Source: a virus (lineage: Duplodnaviria > Caudoviricetes). Taken from it: DNA of 40,250 nucleotides. Of the stretch, positions 8,587 through 18,508 are shown piece after piece (the stretch's first letter is position 1; each line of letters begins with the position of its first letter). Location of the stretch: positions 1 to 40,250 of IMG/VR virus record IMGVR_UViG_3300031466_000102, one strand, 5' to 3'. Below the pieces are notes generated by a model. It had not been told where the DNA came from. It saw only the letters and a list, made by a program, of their open reading frames with translations, and did not search any database. The position numbers were made by a program, and so were the translations under genes.

Positions 8587-9722
8587 TGTTTGAAGTCATA
8601 AGCGGCAAAATACAGAGGGCCAAAAAGGTTGTATTGTATGGTCCGGAGGGGATTGGAAAATCCACTCTGGCCTCTCAATTCCCTAATCCGGTGTTTATCG
8701 ACACGGAGGGTTCAACAACAGAACTGAACGTGCAACGTCTGCCGAAGCCGACGAGTTGGGAAATGCTCAAGCAGCAGATTCAATGGGTTAAGCAGCAGGG
8801 GCCGTCACGTTTCGGTACGCTCGCCATCGATACCATCGACTGGGCAGAAATGCTATGTAACGAGTCCATCTGTGCTCAACATAACAAAAAGGGTATTGAG
8901 GATTTCGGATACGGGAAAGGGTACATCTACGCAGCGGAGGAATTCGGCCGTTTTCTCAACCTTCTCAGCGATGTTATTGAGGCGGGTATCCATGTTGTGC
9001 TAACCGCTCATGCACAGATTGTGAAATTCGAGCAACCTGACGAAATGGGCGCCTATGATCGTTACCAACTCAAACTAGGAGCAAAAACAGGTTCAAGAAC
9101 CGCTGCATTAGTAAAAGAGTGGGCAGATATAGTCTTATTCATCAATTACAAGACTTTTAGTGTAGCAGTTGATGATAAAGGTCGCAAGCATAAAGGTCAA
9201 GGCGGGGCGCGTGTTGTCTATTCGACACATCATCCAGCGTGGGATGCAAAGAACCGTCACGGGCTGCCTGATGAGTTTCCGTTGGACTACTCCTATATCG
9301 CTCATATTTTCGATGGAACGACAAAGCAGGCTCAAACACCTGCAGCTACAATACAGACGCAACCTGCTCCAGATCAAGCGGTATCAGCTCAGACGATTTC
9401 GACGACAGCAGATCCGGTATCAGGAGTGGAAGACGCTGCTCGACAAGCTTGGGGATCAATGACTGGAGGAGAAGAGTTCCCGATACAAGAACAACCTCTC
9501 GAATTGGATCCAAATATCCCGAAGTCTCTGCGCGATCTGATGGTCCAGTATCAAGTTCAGGAATACGAGATTCAGCATGTTGTTGCTCAACGGGGGTATT
9601 ACCCGGCAGACACGCCCATAAACAATTATGATCCTGGCTTTATAGAAGGTGTTCTTGTCGCTGCATGGACACAAGTATTCCGTATGATAGAAGAATTTAG
9701 AAAAACAATACCATTCAAATAA
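8586..9722 (+). CDS. Sak4-like/AAA_24 ATP-binding recombination protein
   Basis: YGPEGIGKST, FIDTEG, AIDTIDW, AKNR. Confidence 0.85.
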   Translation: MFEVISGKIQRAKKVVLYGPEGIGKSTLASQFPNPVFIDTEGSTTELNVQRLPKPTSWEMLKQQIQWVKQQGPSRFGTLAIDTIDWAEMLCNESICAQHNKKGIEDFGYGKGYIYAAEEFGRFLNLLSDVIEAGIHVVLTAHAQIVKFEQPDEMGAYDRYQLKLGAKTGSRTAALVKEWADIVLFINYKTFSVAVDDKGRKHKGQGGARVVYSTHHPAWDAKNRHGLPDEFPLDYSYIAHIFDGTTKQAQTPAATIQTQPAPDQAVSAQTISTTADPVSGVEDAARQAWGSMTGGEEFPIQEQPLELDPNIPKSLRDLMVQYQVQEYEIQHVVAQRGYYPADTPINNYDPGFIEGVLVAAWTQVFRMIEEFRKTIPFK

Positions 9723-9734
9723 ATTTGGGAGGCG

Positions 9735-10280
9735 TTGAATATGACACAAGTAGATCGTGAATTAAGTTGGGACGACACTATTGAGAAGGATGGCGGTGAG
9801 TATATATTGCTCCCGCCAGGAGATTACAACTTTACGATAACAAAATTCGAACGCGCCAGATTCAACGGCAGCGCTAACTTGCCACCCTGCAACCAGGCTA
9901 AATTGGAAATCACCATCCATTCGCCTGAACATGGGGATGTGACGGTATTTCATAACCTATTCCTGCACACCAAAACGGAAGGGCTTCTATCTGCCTTTTT
10001 CACGGCGATTGGCCAAAAGAAAAAGGGAGAACCTTTGCGCATGAACTGGAACGCAGTAGTCGGTGCAAAGGGCCGTTGCCAAATTGAGCATTACAAGTAC
10101 ACAAAAGACGGTCGTGAGCTTGTTAATAATCAAATTAAGAAATTTTACCCATATGAAGAATATTTGAAACATGCAAATTATCATCAACCACCACAACAAA
10201 ATTACCAACAAACACCGCAACAAAACTTTCAGCAACCGTTCCCTACCAGCCAAGGCGGTTGGCAGCAAGGACAGTTTTAG
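9735..10280 (+). CDS. single-stranded DNA-binding-like protein (DUF669-like)
   Basis: LLP.GDY.F, position after Sak4-like gene, Q-rich tail ending in F. Confidence 0.7.
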   Translation: MNMTQVDRELSWDDTIEKDGGEYILLPPGDYNFTITKFERARFNGSANLPPCNQAKLEITIHSPEHGDVTVFHNLFLHTKTEGLLSAFFTAIGQKKKGEPLRMNWNAVVGAKGRCQIEHYKYTKDGRELVNNQIKKFYPYEEYLKHANYHQPPQQNYQQTPQQNFQQPFPTSQGGWQQGQF

Positions 10281-10289
10281 GAGGTTGTC

Positions 10290-11909
10290 ATGGAGCTTAG
10301 ACCTTACCAGCAAGAGGCCCGAGAATCAATTCAAGCAGAATGGGCTAAAGGTGTCCGGCGTACACTTCTGGTGTTGCCAACTGGCTGCGGTAAAACGATC
10401 GTGTTTAGCAAAGTCATCGAGGATCGCGTGAGACTGGGCGAGCGCGGGCTCGTCCTCGCCCATCGCGGCGAACTTCTTGAGCAAGCAGCTGACAAATTGG
10501 AAAAGGCTACTGGCCTGAAATGCGCCGTCGAGAAAGCGGAACAGACATCGATCGGGACTTGGTACCGAGTTGTGGTCGGTAGTGTCCAGACCATGATGCG
10601 GGAAAAACGACTCCAGCAATTCTCCCCAGATTATTTTGACTTCATCATCGTTGACGAGGCTCATCACTGCCTCGCAGACAGCTATCAGCGCGTATTGCAG
10701 TATTTTGACAGAGCAAACGTTTTAGGCGTAACTGCCACGCCCGATCGTGGCGATATGCGGAACCTAGGTGCTTATTTTGAGTCGCTTGCTTATGAGTACA
10801 CGCTACCTCGAGCAATTAAAGAAGGGTATCTTAGCCCGATTAAGGCATTGACGATACCCTTAAAGTTAGATTTGTCCGCAGTTCGGCAGCAAAATGGAGA
10901 TTTTGCTGCAGGAGATCTCGGGACTGCTCTGGATCCGTATTTGAATCAGATCGCAGATGAAATGTGGAAAGTGGCCAAGGATCGGAAAATCGTTGTTTTT
11001 CTACCACTGGTTAAGACGAGCCAGAAGTTTGCACGAATCTTGAATCAAGTTGGGTTCCGAACAGCTGAGGTCAACGGGGAATCTCAGAACAGGGCAGAAA
11101 TCCTTGCTGATTTCGATGCTGGCAAATACAACGTATTGTGCAACTCAATGCTCCTAACAGAAGGTTGGGATTGTCCAAGCGTGGATTGTGTCGTCGTACT
11201 GCGGCCGACTAAGGTTCGCAGCTTATATAGTCAGATGGTCGGGCGCGGTACCCGACTTTATCCAGGCAAAACGGAATTACTATTGCTCGACTTCTTATGG
11301 CATACAGAACGTCACGAACTATGCCATCCGGCTCATTTGATCGCTGGAAATGAAGAGATCGCTAAGGCGATGACAAAGCGTATTGAGGAAGCTGGTATGC
11401 CTCTGGATCTCGAACTAGTGGAAAAACAAGCGACTGAAGATGTTGTGGCTGCGAGGGAAGAGGCATTAGCTAAACAGCTCGCAGAAATGCGCAAACGAAA
11501 ACGAGCCCTAGTCGATCCGTTGCAGTTTGAAATGAGTATCCAGGCCGAGGATTTGGCCAACTACGTACCCGCTTTTGGTTGGGAGATGGCCCCACCATCA
11601 GAAAAGCAACTTAAGACGCTCGAAAAACTCGGTATCTTTCCTGACGAGATCGATAATGCTGGTAAAGCTGCAAAACTATTAGAACGTTTGGAAAAGCGAA
11701 GATTGGAAGGGCTGACCACACCAAAGCAGATTCGATTATTGGAGAGATATGGATTCCAACATGTTGGAATGTGGTCGTTTGAATCAGCTAGACGACTAAT
11801 TGATCGAATCGCAGCCAACGGATGGAAAATTCCGAAGGACATCGATCCAAAAACTTATCAACCAAGTCCTATGTACAGTGATTTCATAACAAGTGGGTGG
11901 AGTAGATGA
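10290..11909 (+). CDS. SF2 DEAH-box helicase
   Basis: LRPYQ, PTGCGKT, DEAHH, TATP, QMVGRGTR. Confidence 0.93.
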   Translation: MELRPYQQEARESIQAEWAKGVRRTLLVLPTGCGKTIVFSKVIEDRVRLGERGLVLAHRGELLEQAADKLEKATGLKCAVEKAEQTSIGTWYRVVVGSVQTMMREKRLQQFSPDYFDFIIVDEAHHCLADSYQRVLQYFDRANVLGVTATPDRGDMRNLGAYFESLAYEYTLPRAIKEGYLSPIKALTIPLKLDLSAVRQQNGDFAAGDLGTALDPYLNQIADEMWKVAKDRKIVVFLPLVKTSQKFARILNQVGFRTAEVNGESQNRAEILADFDAGKYNVLCNSMLLTEGWDCPSVDCVVVLRPTKVRSLYSQMVGRGTRLYPGKTELLLLDFLWHTERHELCHPAHLIAGNEEIAKAMTKRIEEAGMPLDLELVEKQATEDVVAAREEALAKQLAEMRKRKRALVDPLQFEMSIQAEDLANYVPAFGWEMAPPSEKQLKTLEKLGIFPDEIDNAGKAAKLLERLEKRRLEGLTTPKQIRLLERYGFQHVGMWSFESARRLIDRIAANGWKIPKDIDPKTYQPSPMYSDFITSGWSR

Positions 11910-14152
11910 CAGAGCACAAGCTTGATCTCGTTGCTTTACTCGATTACATTGACCCTGCTCAGTTGTCATACCAGGAATGGCTAAATGTAGGCATGGCCCT
12001 CAAGTACGAAGGCTATACCGCGGCTGATTGGGATAATTGGAGCAAACGAGATCCAACCCGGTATCATCCAGGTGAGTGTTTCAGAAAATGGACAACATTT
12101 GAGGGATCTCCAACACCGATCACTGGCGCAACGATTACACAAATGGCCAAAGACAATGGTTGGACTCCGCGAGGGACTCGTGAAGAGCGTGAACTTGGTT
12201 GGGATGATGAGATCAAAGATGACTATGTAGTTGTGGATCGAAACTGGATCGAAGGCAGAGAGATCCAAGAGCCAGCAGACTGGAATCCGGTCCAGCAGTT
12301 GATCACTTACTTAAGTACGCTTTTTGAGGCATCCGAAAACGTAGGATATGTAACAGAAGCATGGTGGAACGAAGAAAAGCAAAAGTGGCTGCCTACTAAA
12401 GGTGCATACGACCGAACGGCTGGTGAACTGATCCAAGCTCTCAGTCAATGTAATGGCGATATAGGATCTGTCTTAGGCGATTATAAACCAGAAGCTGGTG
12501 CTTGGATTCGTTTTAACCCTCTCGATGGCAAAGGGATCAAAAACGAAAACGTTACCGATTTTAGATATGCCCTTGTCGAATCTGATGACATGGACATAGA
12601 AAAACAACATGCGATTATGCGAGAGTTGGAACTTCCAATAGCGATGCTCGTTTATAGCGGCGGTAAGAGTCTTCATGCGATTGTACGCATCGAGGCGGCT
12701 GATTATGACGAGTATCGCAAGCGCGTCGATTACTTGTATAACATCTGCAAAAAGAATGGGCTCAGCATCGACAACCAAAACCGTAACCCATCCAGGTTAT
12801 CTCGGATGCCTGGTGTCGAAAGAAACGGTAAGAAGCAATTTATCGTGGATACCAACATTGGAAAATCAAGCTGGGCGGAGTGGTACGAGTGGATTGAGGG
12901 TGTCAATGATGATCTGCCGGATCCGGAAAGCCTCACGGACTACTGGAACAACATGCCGCCGCTTGCCCCAGCACTGATCGAAGGAGTGCTTAGGCAAGGG
13001 CATAAAATGCTGATGGCCGGTCCGTCAAAAGCCGGAAAATCCTTTGCTTTGATCGAGCTCTCCATAGCAATTGCAGAAGGAACAAAATGGCTCGGATGGC
13101 AATGCGCACAGGGCAAAGTGCTGTACGTTAATCTGGAGCTTGATCGAGCTAGCTGCTTACATCGCTTCCGGGACGTTTACCAAGCGTTAAAGCTTGAACC
13201 TAAGAACATCGATAAAATCGACATTTGGAACCTACGTGGGAAGTCCGTCCCGATGGACAAGCTGGCCCCGAAGTTGATTCGGCGTGCGGCTAAGAAAAAC
13301 TACATTGCTGTTATCATTGATCCGATCTACAAAGTCCTGACCGGAGACGAGAATAGCGCTGATCAAATGGCCCACTTCACGAACCAGTTCGACAAAATTG
13401 CCACAGAACTGGGCGCCAGCGTGATCTATTGTCATCACCACTCGAAAGGGGCGCAGGGTGGCAAGAAGTCAATGGATCGCGCGTCAGGCAGTGGCGTATT
13501 TGCTCGGGATCCAGACGCGCTGATCGACCTCGTGGAGCTTGAAGTAACGGAATCATTACTCAAGCAAGAGGAAAATAAGGCGATCTGCAACGTTTACAGA
13601 GAACTGATATCTAAGCACAACTTGGCCTACTATGACGAGCACGTGTCTCAGGACGACATTTTGAGCGCCAGAGCTATGGAAGAGCACGCCAGACGGGCAA
13701 TACCGGACCAGTTGGCCAAGGCCCAGGAGGAGGTCAGACAAGCTGTCCAGAGCGTGCGCAAACGAACAGCTTGGCGTGTGGAAGGGACGTTGCGGGAGTA
13801 CGCCAAATTTGATCCGGTCAATATTTGGTTTCAGTATCCAATACACCGCGTTGACGACGTCGGCAGCCTGAAAGATCTTGAACCGGATGGAGAAGCGCCA
13901 GCGTGGAAAAAGGCGACGGAGAAGCGTAAAGCCTCTGCACAGAAGGAACGGCGAACGAAGGAAGCGCAATTTGAGGACGCAGTTAACAACTGTAATTTCG
14001 GTGAGCCACCGACCGTCAAAGACATCGTTGAGTGGTTTGGAAAGTCCGGAAAAGAGGTTTCTGAACGTACGGTAAGAGACTGGATCAAGAGATATGGATA
14101 CGTTTTGCAAGACGGTTTAATCGTGAAAGATGATGGCGACGACCATGATTAA
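11906..14152 (+). CDS. primase-helicase (PriCT-2-like N-term, primase-like core, RepA/AAA_25 helicase)
   Basis: YQEWLNVGMALK..W..F, SGGKSLHA, GPSKAGKS, IIDP, HHHSKG, SGSG. Confidence 0.85.
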   Translation: MTEHKLDLVALLDYIDPAQLSYQEWLNVGMALKYEGYTAADWDNWSKRDPTRYHPGECFRKWTTFEGSPTPITGATITQMAKDNGWTPRGTREERELGWDDEIKDDYVVVDRNWIEGREIQEPADWNPVQQLITYLSTLFEASENVGYVTEAWWNEEKQKWLPTKGAYDRTAGELIQALSQCNGDIGSVLGDYKPEAGAWIRFNPLDGKGIKNENVTDFRYALVESDDMDIEKQHAIMRELELPIAMLVYSGGKSLHAIVRIEAADYDEYRKRVDYLYNICKKNGLSIDNQNRNPSRLSRMPGVERNGKKQFIVDTNIGKSSWAEWYEWIEGVNDDLPDPESLTDYWNNMPPLAPALIEGVLRQGHKMLMAGPSKAGKSFALIELSIAIAEGTKWLGWQCAQGKVLYVNLELDRASCLHRFRDVYQALKLEPKNIDKIDIWNLRGKSVPMDKLAPKLIRRAAKKNYIAVIIDPIYKVLTGDENSADQMAHFTNQFDKIATELGASVIYCHHHSKGAQGGKKSMDRASGSGVFARDPDALIDLVELEVTESLLKQEENKAICNVYRELISKHNLAYYDEHVSQDDILSARAMEEHARRAIPDQLAKAQEEVRQAVQSVRKRTAWRVEGTLREYAKFDPVNIWFQYPIHRVDDVGSLKDLEPDGEAPAWKKATEKRKASAQKERRTKEAQFEDAVNNCNFGEPPTVKDIVEWFGKSGKEVSERTVRDWIKRYGYVLQDGLIVKDDGDDHD

Positions 14153-14472
14153 TTCCGCCACCGCCAAAGTAACTCATGGCGGCAAAGACCATAAAAAAAT
14201 GATTGCCGCCGCCATGTAAAATGGTGGCGAACACCACGAAATTATGGTCACCGCCGCCGAAGGTGAGTCCCTATAATTATAAATTTATAAATTATAAATA
14301 TTATAACGCGCGCGCGTTAGATAATTATGTTTAAGACTTAAATTTTATGTTTATAAAACTATGATTATGTAAGTCTATCTAAGACTGGGGAGGGAATTTT
14401 CGTAATGGGGGAGGGAGTGGTCCGCTTCCGCTCCCTCCTCCCCTCTAACAAATTCCCTCCCGTCTAAGTCTT
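14133..14472. other. putative phage replication origin
   Basis: Three imperfect palindromic ATGGYG..ACCA..CCGCC units, AT-rich tract, palindrome TAACGCGCGCGCGTTA, long GC-rich hairpin 14381-14472, directly after primase. Confidence 0.6.
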
Positions 14473-14491
14473 CCGCGCGTGAGAGAGGAGA

Positions 14492-14785
14492 ATGAAAATG
14501 ACGAAAGCTAAAAAATACGAGAACAAATATTGGGAGAATGAAAAAGCGGAAACTGTCGAGTTCGGTAACGGTTACTTCATACGATGCTATGACCAAGCCG
14601 GTAAACTACAGTTCGGTAAAAAGTTCAAGGATAAGCAAACAGGTGAGGATATCTATCATGTGAAATTCGTCATTGATCGTAAAGAGCTCTTCTCAAGTGA
14701 TGAAGCACCAAGCTATCTAAGGCAGTTAATAAGTGATTGGGAAGAGATGATGGAGGAGGCAGCCGAAAATGGGGAATTATCCTGA
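14492..14785 (+). CDS. hypothetical protein
   Basis: GAGGAG RBS. Confidence 0.7.
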   Translation: MKMTKAKKYENKYWENEKAETVEFGNGYFIRCYDQAGKLQFGKKFKDKQTGEDIYHVKFVIDRKELFSSDEAPSYLRQLISDWEEMMEEAAENGELS

Positions 14786-15242
14786 GCATTTGTATGAGGT
14801 CATTGCTGTAGATACAGGAGAGAATATTTACTTCAATGATTTGAGCATAATAGAGTTCTTCATGCCGATGAAGAAGATTCCTACAGTCACGCATCAGCAA
14901 AAACAGGTTACGGTTCAAAACGGCAAACCGATATTTTACGAGCCAGTTGCTTTGAAAACGGCAAGAACAAAATTGATTGCTCATCTCGGTAAATATAAAC
15001 CGGACATACCATATACAGGACCGATACGATTGATCGTTAAGTGGTGTTACCCAATAACGGGTAAACATACAGACGGAGAATGGAAAACGACAAAGCCGGA
15101 TGTGGATAATGCTCAGAAACTACTCCAAGACTGCATGACCGACTTAGGATTCTGGGAAGATGATTCGCAGATCGTCAGCCTGATCGCTGAGAAGTTCTGG
15201 GCGAAGATTCCTGGGATCTATATCCGGATTGAGGAGTTGTAG
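14769..15242 (+). CDS. rusA: RusA-family Holliday junction resolvase
   Basis: KPDVDN..KLLQD.M..W.DDSQIV....K. Confidence 0.88.
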   Translation: MGNYPEHLYEVIAVDTGENIYFNDLSIIEFFMPMKKIPTVTHQQKQVTVQNGKPIFYEPVALKTARTKLIAHLGKYKPDIPYTGPIRLIVKWCYPITGKHTDGEWKTTKPDVDNAQKLLQDCMTDLGFWEDDSQIVSLIAEKFWAKIPGIYIRIEEL

Positions 15243-15245
15243 ACG

Positions 15246-15479
15246 ATGGACTACAAAGCGTTTTTTGATGATGTACTCAAATGGATTGTTCAAGCAAACC
15301 AAACTGCTGCAAAGTACGGAATGGATAGTGAACACTTTTGGGATTGGGTAGCTGAATCGACGGCTGCTGTAGGTAAAAAATACAACGATAACAAGTTAGT
15401 CCTAAAAATAATGGTTACGCTGATCCGATGGCTTGAAGAAGTTTACGAGAATCATAGACAAGCAAAACTTGGAGCGTAA
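15246..15479 (+). CDS. hypothetical phage protein
   Basis: GAGGAG RBS, operonic. Confidence 0.75.
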   Translation: MDYKAFFDDVLKWIVQANQTAAKYGMDSEHFWDWVAESTAAVGKKYNDNKLVLKIMVTLIRWLEEVYENHRQAKLGA

Positions 15480-15481
15480 CT

Positions 15482-15748
15482 ATGAGCGACGAGCTTGCAC
15501 GGAAGCATAAGTGGATCGTACTTCAGGAAGAAGAGACATATACCAAACAGCTTACTCTATCATCATCAATTTTCATTTTCAGAGAACCAGACGATACATG
15601 GACCGTATGGCGCGCCAACTGGACAGAAGGACAACCAAAGCCGATCTCAGAAAAGACGATCTTCGCAGGTGGTACCTTTGAACAAGCCCTCAAGCGTGCG
15701 AATGACTATGTGGAGTGGAGGAGTAAAGCTTTTAGGAAACGGAAGTGA
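15482..15748 (+). CDS. hypothetical phage protein
   Basis: GGAG RBS, operonic. Confidence 0.7.
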   Translation: MSDELARKHKWIVLQEEETYTKQLTLSSSIFIFREPDDTWTVWRANWTEGQPKPISEKTIFAGGTFEQALKRANDYVEWRSKAFRKRK

Positions 15749-15753
15749 GCGTT

Positions 15754-15897
15754 ATGGCCAAACGTAAGCGAAAAACGAAATGGGTCATGCTCTATCGAAA
15801 GGAAAAAGGAAATTTAGTCATTATCTATGAACCACTTAATTTCTATCAACTAAAACGTAAGTTCCGAGAAGGTTGGAAAAAAAGTTTATTAGATTGA
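15754..15897 (+). CDS. 47-aa basic protein (MAKRKRKTKWVMLYR...)
   Basis: ORF fills gap between genes, weak RBS. Confidence 0.55.
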   Translation: MAKRKRKTKWVMLYRKEKGNLVIIYEPLNFYQLKRKFREGWKKSLLD

Positions 15898-15912
15898 GAA
15901 AGGATGGTCTAA

Positions 15913-16146
15913 ATGAAAAATACACTTGGCGACTTAAATAATCACTTATTCGCACAGTTGGAACGTTTGGGAGATGAAGATCTCAAAGGCGAAAAGTTAC
16001 AAGAAGAAATCAACAGAGCCAAAGCAATCTCTGATATAGCAACTCAAATCATTGCTAACGGCTCTCTCGTGCTGAAAGCGAAAGCATTTATGAGCAACGC
16101 ATTGGATGCTGATGCAGAACTACCAAAAATGTTGGAGGGTAAATAA
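15913..16146 (+). CDS. conserved small phage protein preceding HNH gene
   Basis: MKNTLGDLNNHLFAQLERL..EEI.RAKA..PKML. Confidence 0.8.
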   Translation: MKNTLGDLNNHLFAQLERLGDEDLKGEKLQEEINRAKAISDIATQIIANGSLVLKAKAFMSNALDADAELPKMLEGK

Positions 16147-16733
16147 TGCCTCATAAATTTACGCCGGAGCAAACAAAGTTCATAGCAGAAAACGTAAAGG
16201 GGCGTGGAAATAAGGAACTGACGGAACTGTTTAACGTCCATTTTGGTCTCAATCTCTCCGTTTCACAAATTAAAGCTTTCAAGAAAAATCGTAAATTAAG
16301 CAGTGGATTAGACGGACAGTTCAAAAAAGGCCATGTGCCATTCAATAAAGGTAAGAAGGGTGTAATTACTGGAGGACAGGCTACTCAATTTAAAAAGGGC
16401 CACAAACCATGGAACTATATGCCCGTAGGTTCTGAAAGAGTTAACGGTGATGGGTACGTAGACATTAAAATTGCCGACCCAAACAAATGGAAACCGAAGC
16501 ATCATATCATTTGGGAAAAAGCATACGGACAAATTCCTAAAGGGTATGCAGTGATTTTCGGAGATGGTAACCGTTTCAACTTTGACATTAATAATCTTAT
16601 CCTCGTATCACGAGGACAACTTGCGTTACTGAACAAACATAATTTAATTCAAAATGATGCAGACCTTACTAGAACAGGAGTAATTATTGCGGATTTATAT
16701 AAAAAAATTGGTGAGCGAAAGAGAAATAAATGA
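16146..16733 (+). CDS. HNH endonuclease with NUMOD-like repeats
   Basis: QFKKGH.P.N twice; KHHIIWE..GQIP....F.DGN..N..INNL. Confidence 0.8.
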   Translation: MPHKFTPEQTKFIAENVKGRGNKELTELFNVHFGLNLSVSQIKAFKKNRKLSSGLDGQFKKGHVPFNKGKKGVITGGQATQFKKGHKPWNYMPVGSERVNGDGYVDIKIADPNKWKPKHHIIWEKAYGQIPKGYAVIFGDGNRFNFDINNLILVSRGQLALLNKHNLIQNDADLTRTGVIIADLYKKIGERKRNK

Positions 16734-16746
16734 TATGGCTTAGACT

Positions 16747-16797
16747 GTAACAGATCTTTCTTGAGAACCGTTACCTATCTGTTACCAATCTGTTACC
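16747..16797. repeat. GTTACC/ATCTGTTACC repeats plus one inverted copy
   Basis: gtaacagat 16747-16755; ccgttacc 16768-16775; atctgttacc at 16777 and 16788. Confidence 0.7.
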
Positions 16798-16820
16798 CGG
16801 ATGAGGAGGGTGCATAAATA

Positions 16821-17009
16821 ATGCTGACGATTGATGAGAAACAACAGCATATCTTACAAACCTTACAAGAGCGGTTCTTGGTTCAAGGCCAAGTGATTCG
16901 CGAGGATACAAAATACTACTATACCGCAGATGGTAGCAAGTTCAATAAACGTTGGTACAGGCTTGGAGGTGACCAACTTGTCAGTTACGACCAAAATCGC
17001 AGCCAGTAG
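16821..17009 (+). CDS. hypothetical protein
   Basis: GAGGAGGG RBS. Confidence 0.6.
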   Translation: MLTIDEKQQHILQTLQERFLVQGQVIREDTKYYYTADGSKFNKRWYRLGGDQLVSYDQNRSQ

Positions 17010-17667
17010 ATTTGGAGATATTCGATTCCCGAAAGTAGATTCACCGCCTGGAGAAGTTATCACTTATCGACTATCTCCTGAAGAACTGGAAGAGATCCGG
17101 CAGAAGTATAAAACTGAGCCAACGAGCAAAAAACCTAAAGGTGTACAGGGCGGCTTTGAGGATTATTGGCAAAGAAAAAAGGAGGGATCGAAAGTGGAAG
17201 AAAAACAAGAGATAAAACAACTAGAGGTAAAACCAGAAGTAAAACCAGCATTGACGAAAGAGTATGTGGAGAGTCAATTAGCAGCTGGTAAAAGCGCATT
17301 GCAAATCGAGCGGGAATTAGGGCTATCTACGAATTCGATATATTATTACATGAAGAAGTGGGGTATAAAAAGTCAAGGTAAGAAGCAGGAGAAATCGACC
17401 GAGATGCCAGTGAAAAGTGAGGAAGGAAAAGTCGAAAAGGTTATAGATGCTGTAAACCATCCTCCACATTACAACCAAGGGAGCATCGAAGTGATTGACT
17501 ATATTCAGGATCAACTGACGAAGGAACAATTCATCGGTTTCGTAATTGGGAATGTGATTAAATATACTAGCCGAGCTAATCATAAAGGCGGGATTGAGGA
17601 TCTCAAGAAGGCTAGATGGTATTTGGATCGGTTGATTCAACAATCGGAATTGGCGAAAGTGGAATGA
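16978..17667 (+). CDS. protein with HTH-like segment and C-terminal DUF3310 (SaV / T7 gp1.7-like) domain
   Basis: DAVNHPPHY..IEVIDYI..GNVIKY..R..HKGG.EDLKKARWYL. Confidence 0.8.
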   Translation: MSVTTKIAASRFGDIRFPKVDSPPGEVITYRLSPEELEEIRQKYKTEPTSKKPKGVQGGFEDYWQRKKEGSKVEEKQEIKQLEVKPEVKPALTKEYVESQLAAGKSALQIERELGLSTNSIYYYMKKWGIKSQGKKQEKSTEMPVKSEEGKVEKVIDAVNHPPHYNQGSIEVIDYIQDQLTKEQFIGFVIGNVIKYTSRANHKGGIEDLKKARWYLDRLIQQSELAKVE

Positions 17668-17691
17668 TGACAACAGATGGAGGTGGACTGG

Positions 17692-18213
17692 ATGAACGCA
17701 AAACAACTTGAGATAGTGACAAAAACTGCTGTACAGACAGCTTTGGAATATCTGGAGAAGGAAAAGCAGAAGCAGCAGAAGTTGAAGAGAGATCGCAGGT
17801 TGAGGAACATTAAGTTACTTCTTAGGAATTACAGATCATTCAAACTTCACTGCAAAGATTTAAAATCCAAATTAGAGGAGCTTAATGACTCGGATTTGCT
17901 TGAAGATTTAGACGAGGAACTAGCGGTAAACGCAATTCGCAAAAGTAAAGAAAGAACATTGGCGATGGTGAGTTTCATTGACAAAATGCTAGCAGTCTAT
18001 AAAGTTATTTGCGATCAATCAAAAAAGGATGAAGATCGCCGTAGTTATCAAACGATTCACCTTCTATACATCTCAGATGAAAAAGTTTCGGCTAAAGAAA
18101 TTGCGACACGTCACAATACGGATGTTAGAACTGTTTATAGAGATGTTGATAGAGCCTGTAAAGCCTTGTCAGTGCTGATTTTTGGCGTGGATAGCATTCG
18201 TTTCCCTGATTAA
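17692..18213 (+). CDS. late transcriptional regulator (ArpU/RinA-like, C-terminal HTH)
   Basis: RLRN.KLLL.NY; EIA......RTVYRD; last early gene before packaging genes. Confidence 0.75.
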   Translation: MNAKQLEIVTKTAVQTALEYLEKEKQKQQKLKRDRRLRNIKLLLRNYRSFKLHCKDLKSKLEELNDSDLLEDLDEELAVNAIRKSKERTLAMVSFIDKMLAVYKVICDQSKKDEDRRSYQTIHLLYISDEKVSAKEIATRHNTDVRTVYRDVDRACKALSVLIFGVDSIRFPD

Positions 18214-18308
18214 TCATTCGTGTCAAAAAGTCGCCCTATACAAGTCTATTCATAGGTGATAGGATGATAGTGTGGAAAAATTTGATATAGTTTCTCTCCT
18301 TTCACATA

Positions 18309-18448
18309 GAGTCACCCATTCTGGTGGCTCATTTGCTTAGTTCCCCCTACTGCCACACCACCAAAATAAATCTAATACGGAGGTGAAAACCTCCCAGTAT
18401 CGTTTCGCAGTATGTGGAGTATGACAATCAGGTGTGGCAGATTTTTTT
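18309..18448 (+). ncRNA. structured late-leader RNA / terminator-like element
   Basis: Hairpin 18309-18330; 10-bp stem ctgccacacc/ggtgtggcag followed by a T7 tract, enclosing GGAGGT-GAAA-ACCTCC. Confidence 0.45.
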
Positions 18449-18508
18449 GGATATAAAGAGGAAATTATCTCCTTTTGTCGAAGTTTTAGGCGAAAGGGGG
18501 TGAAAAAT

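Noticed and set aside
10180-10280. CAACAA-rich repeats
   Set aside because: They encode the Gln-rich low-complexity SSB tail; not a DNA element
14133-14260. CRISPR-like mini array
   Set aside because: Units are degenerate, have no unique spacers of regular length, and no cas genes are present
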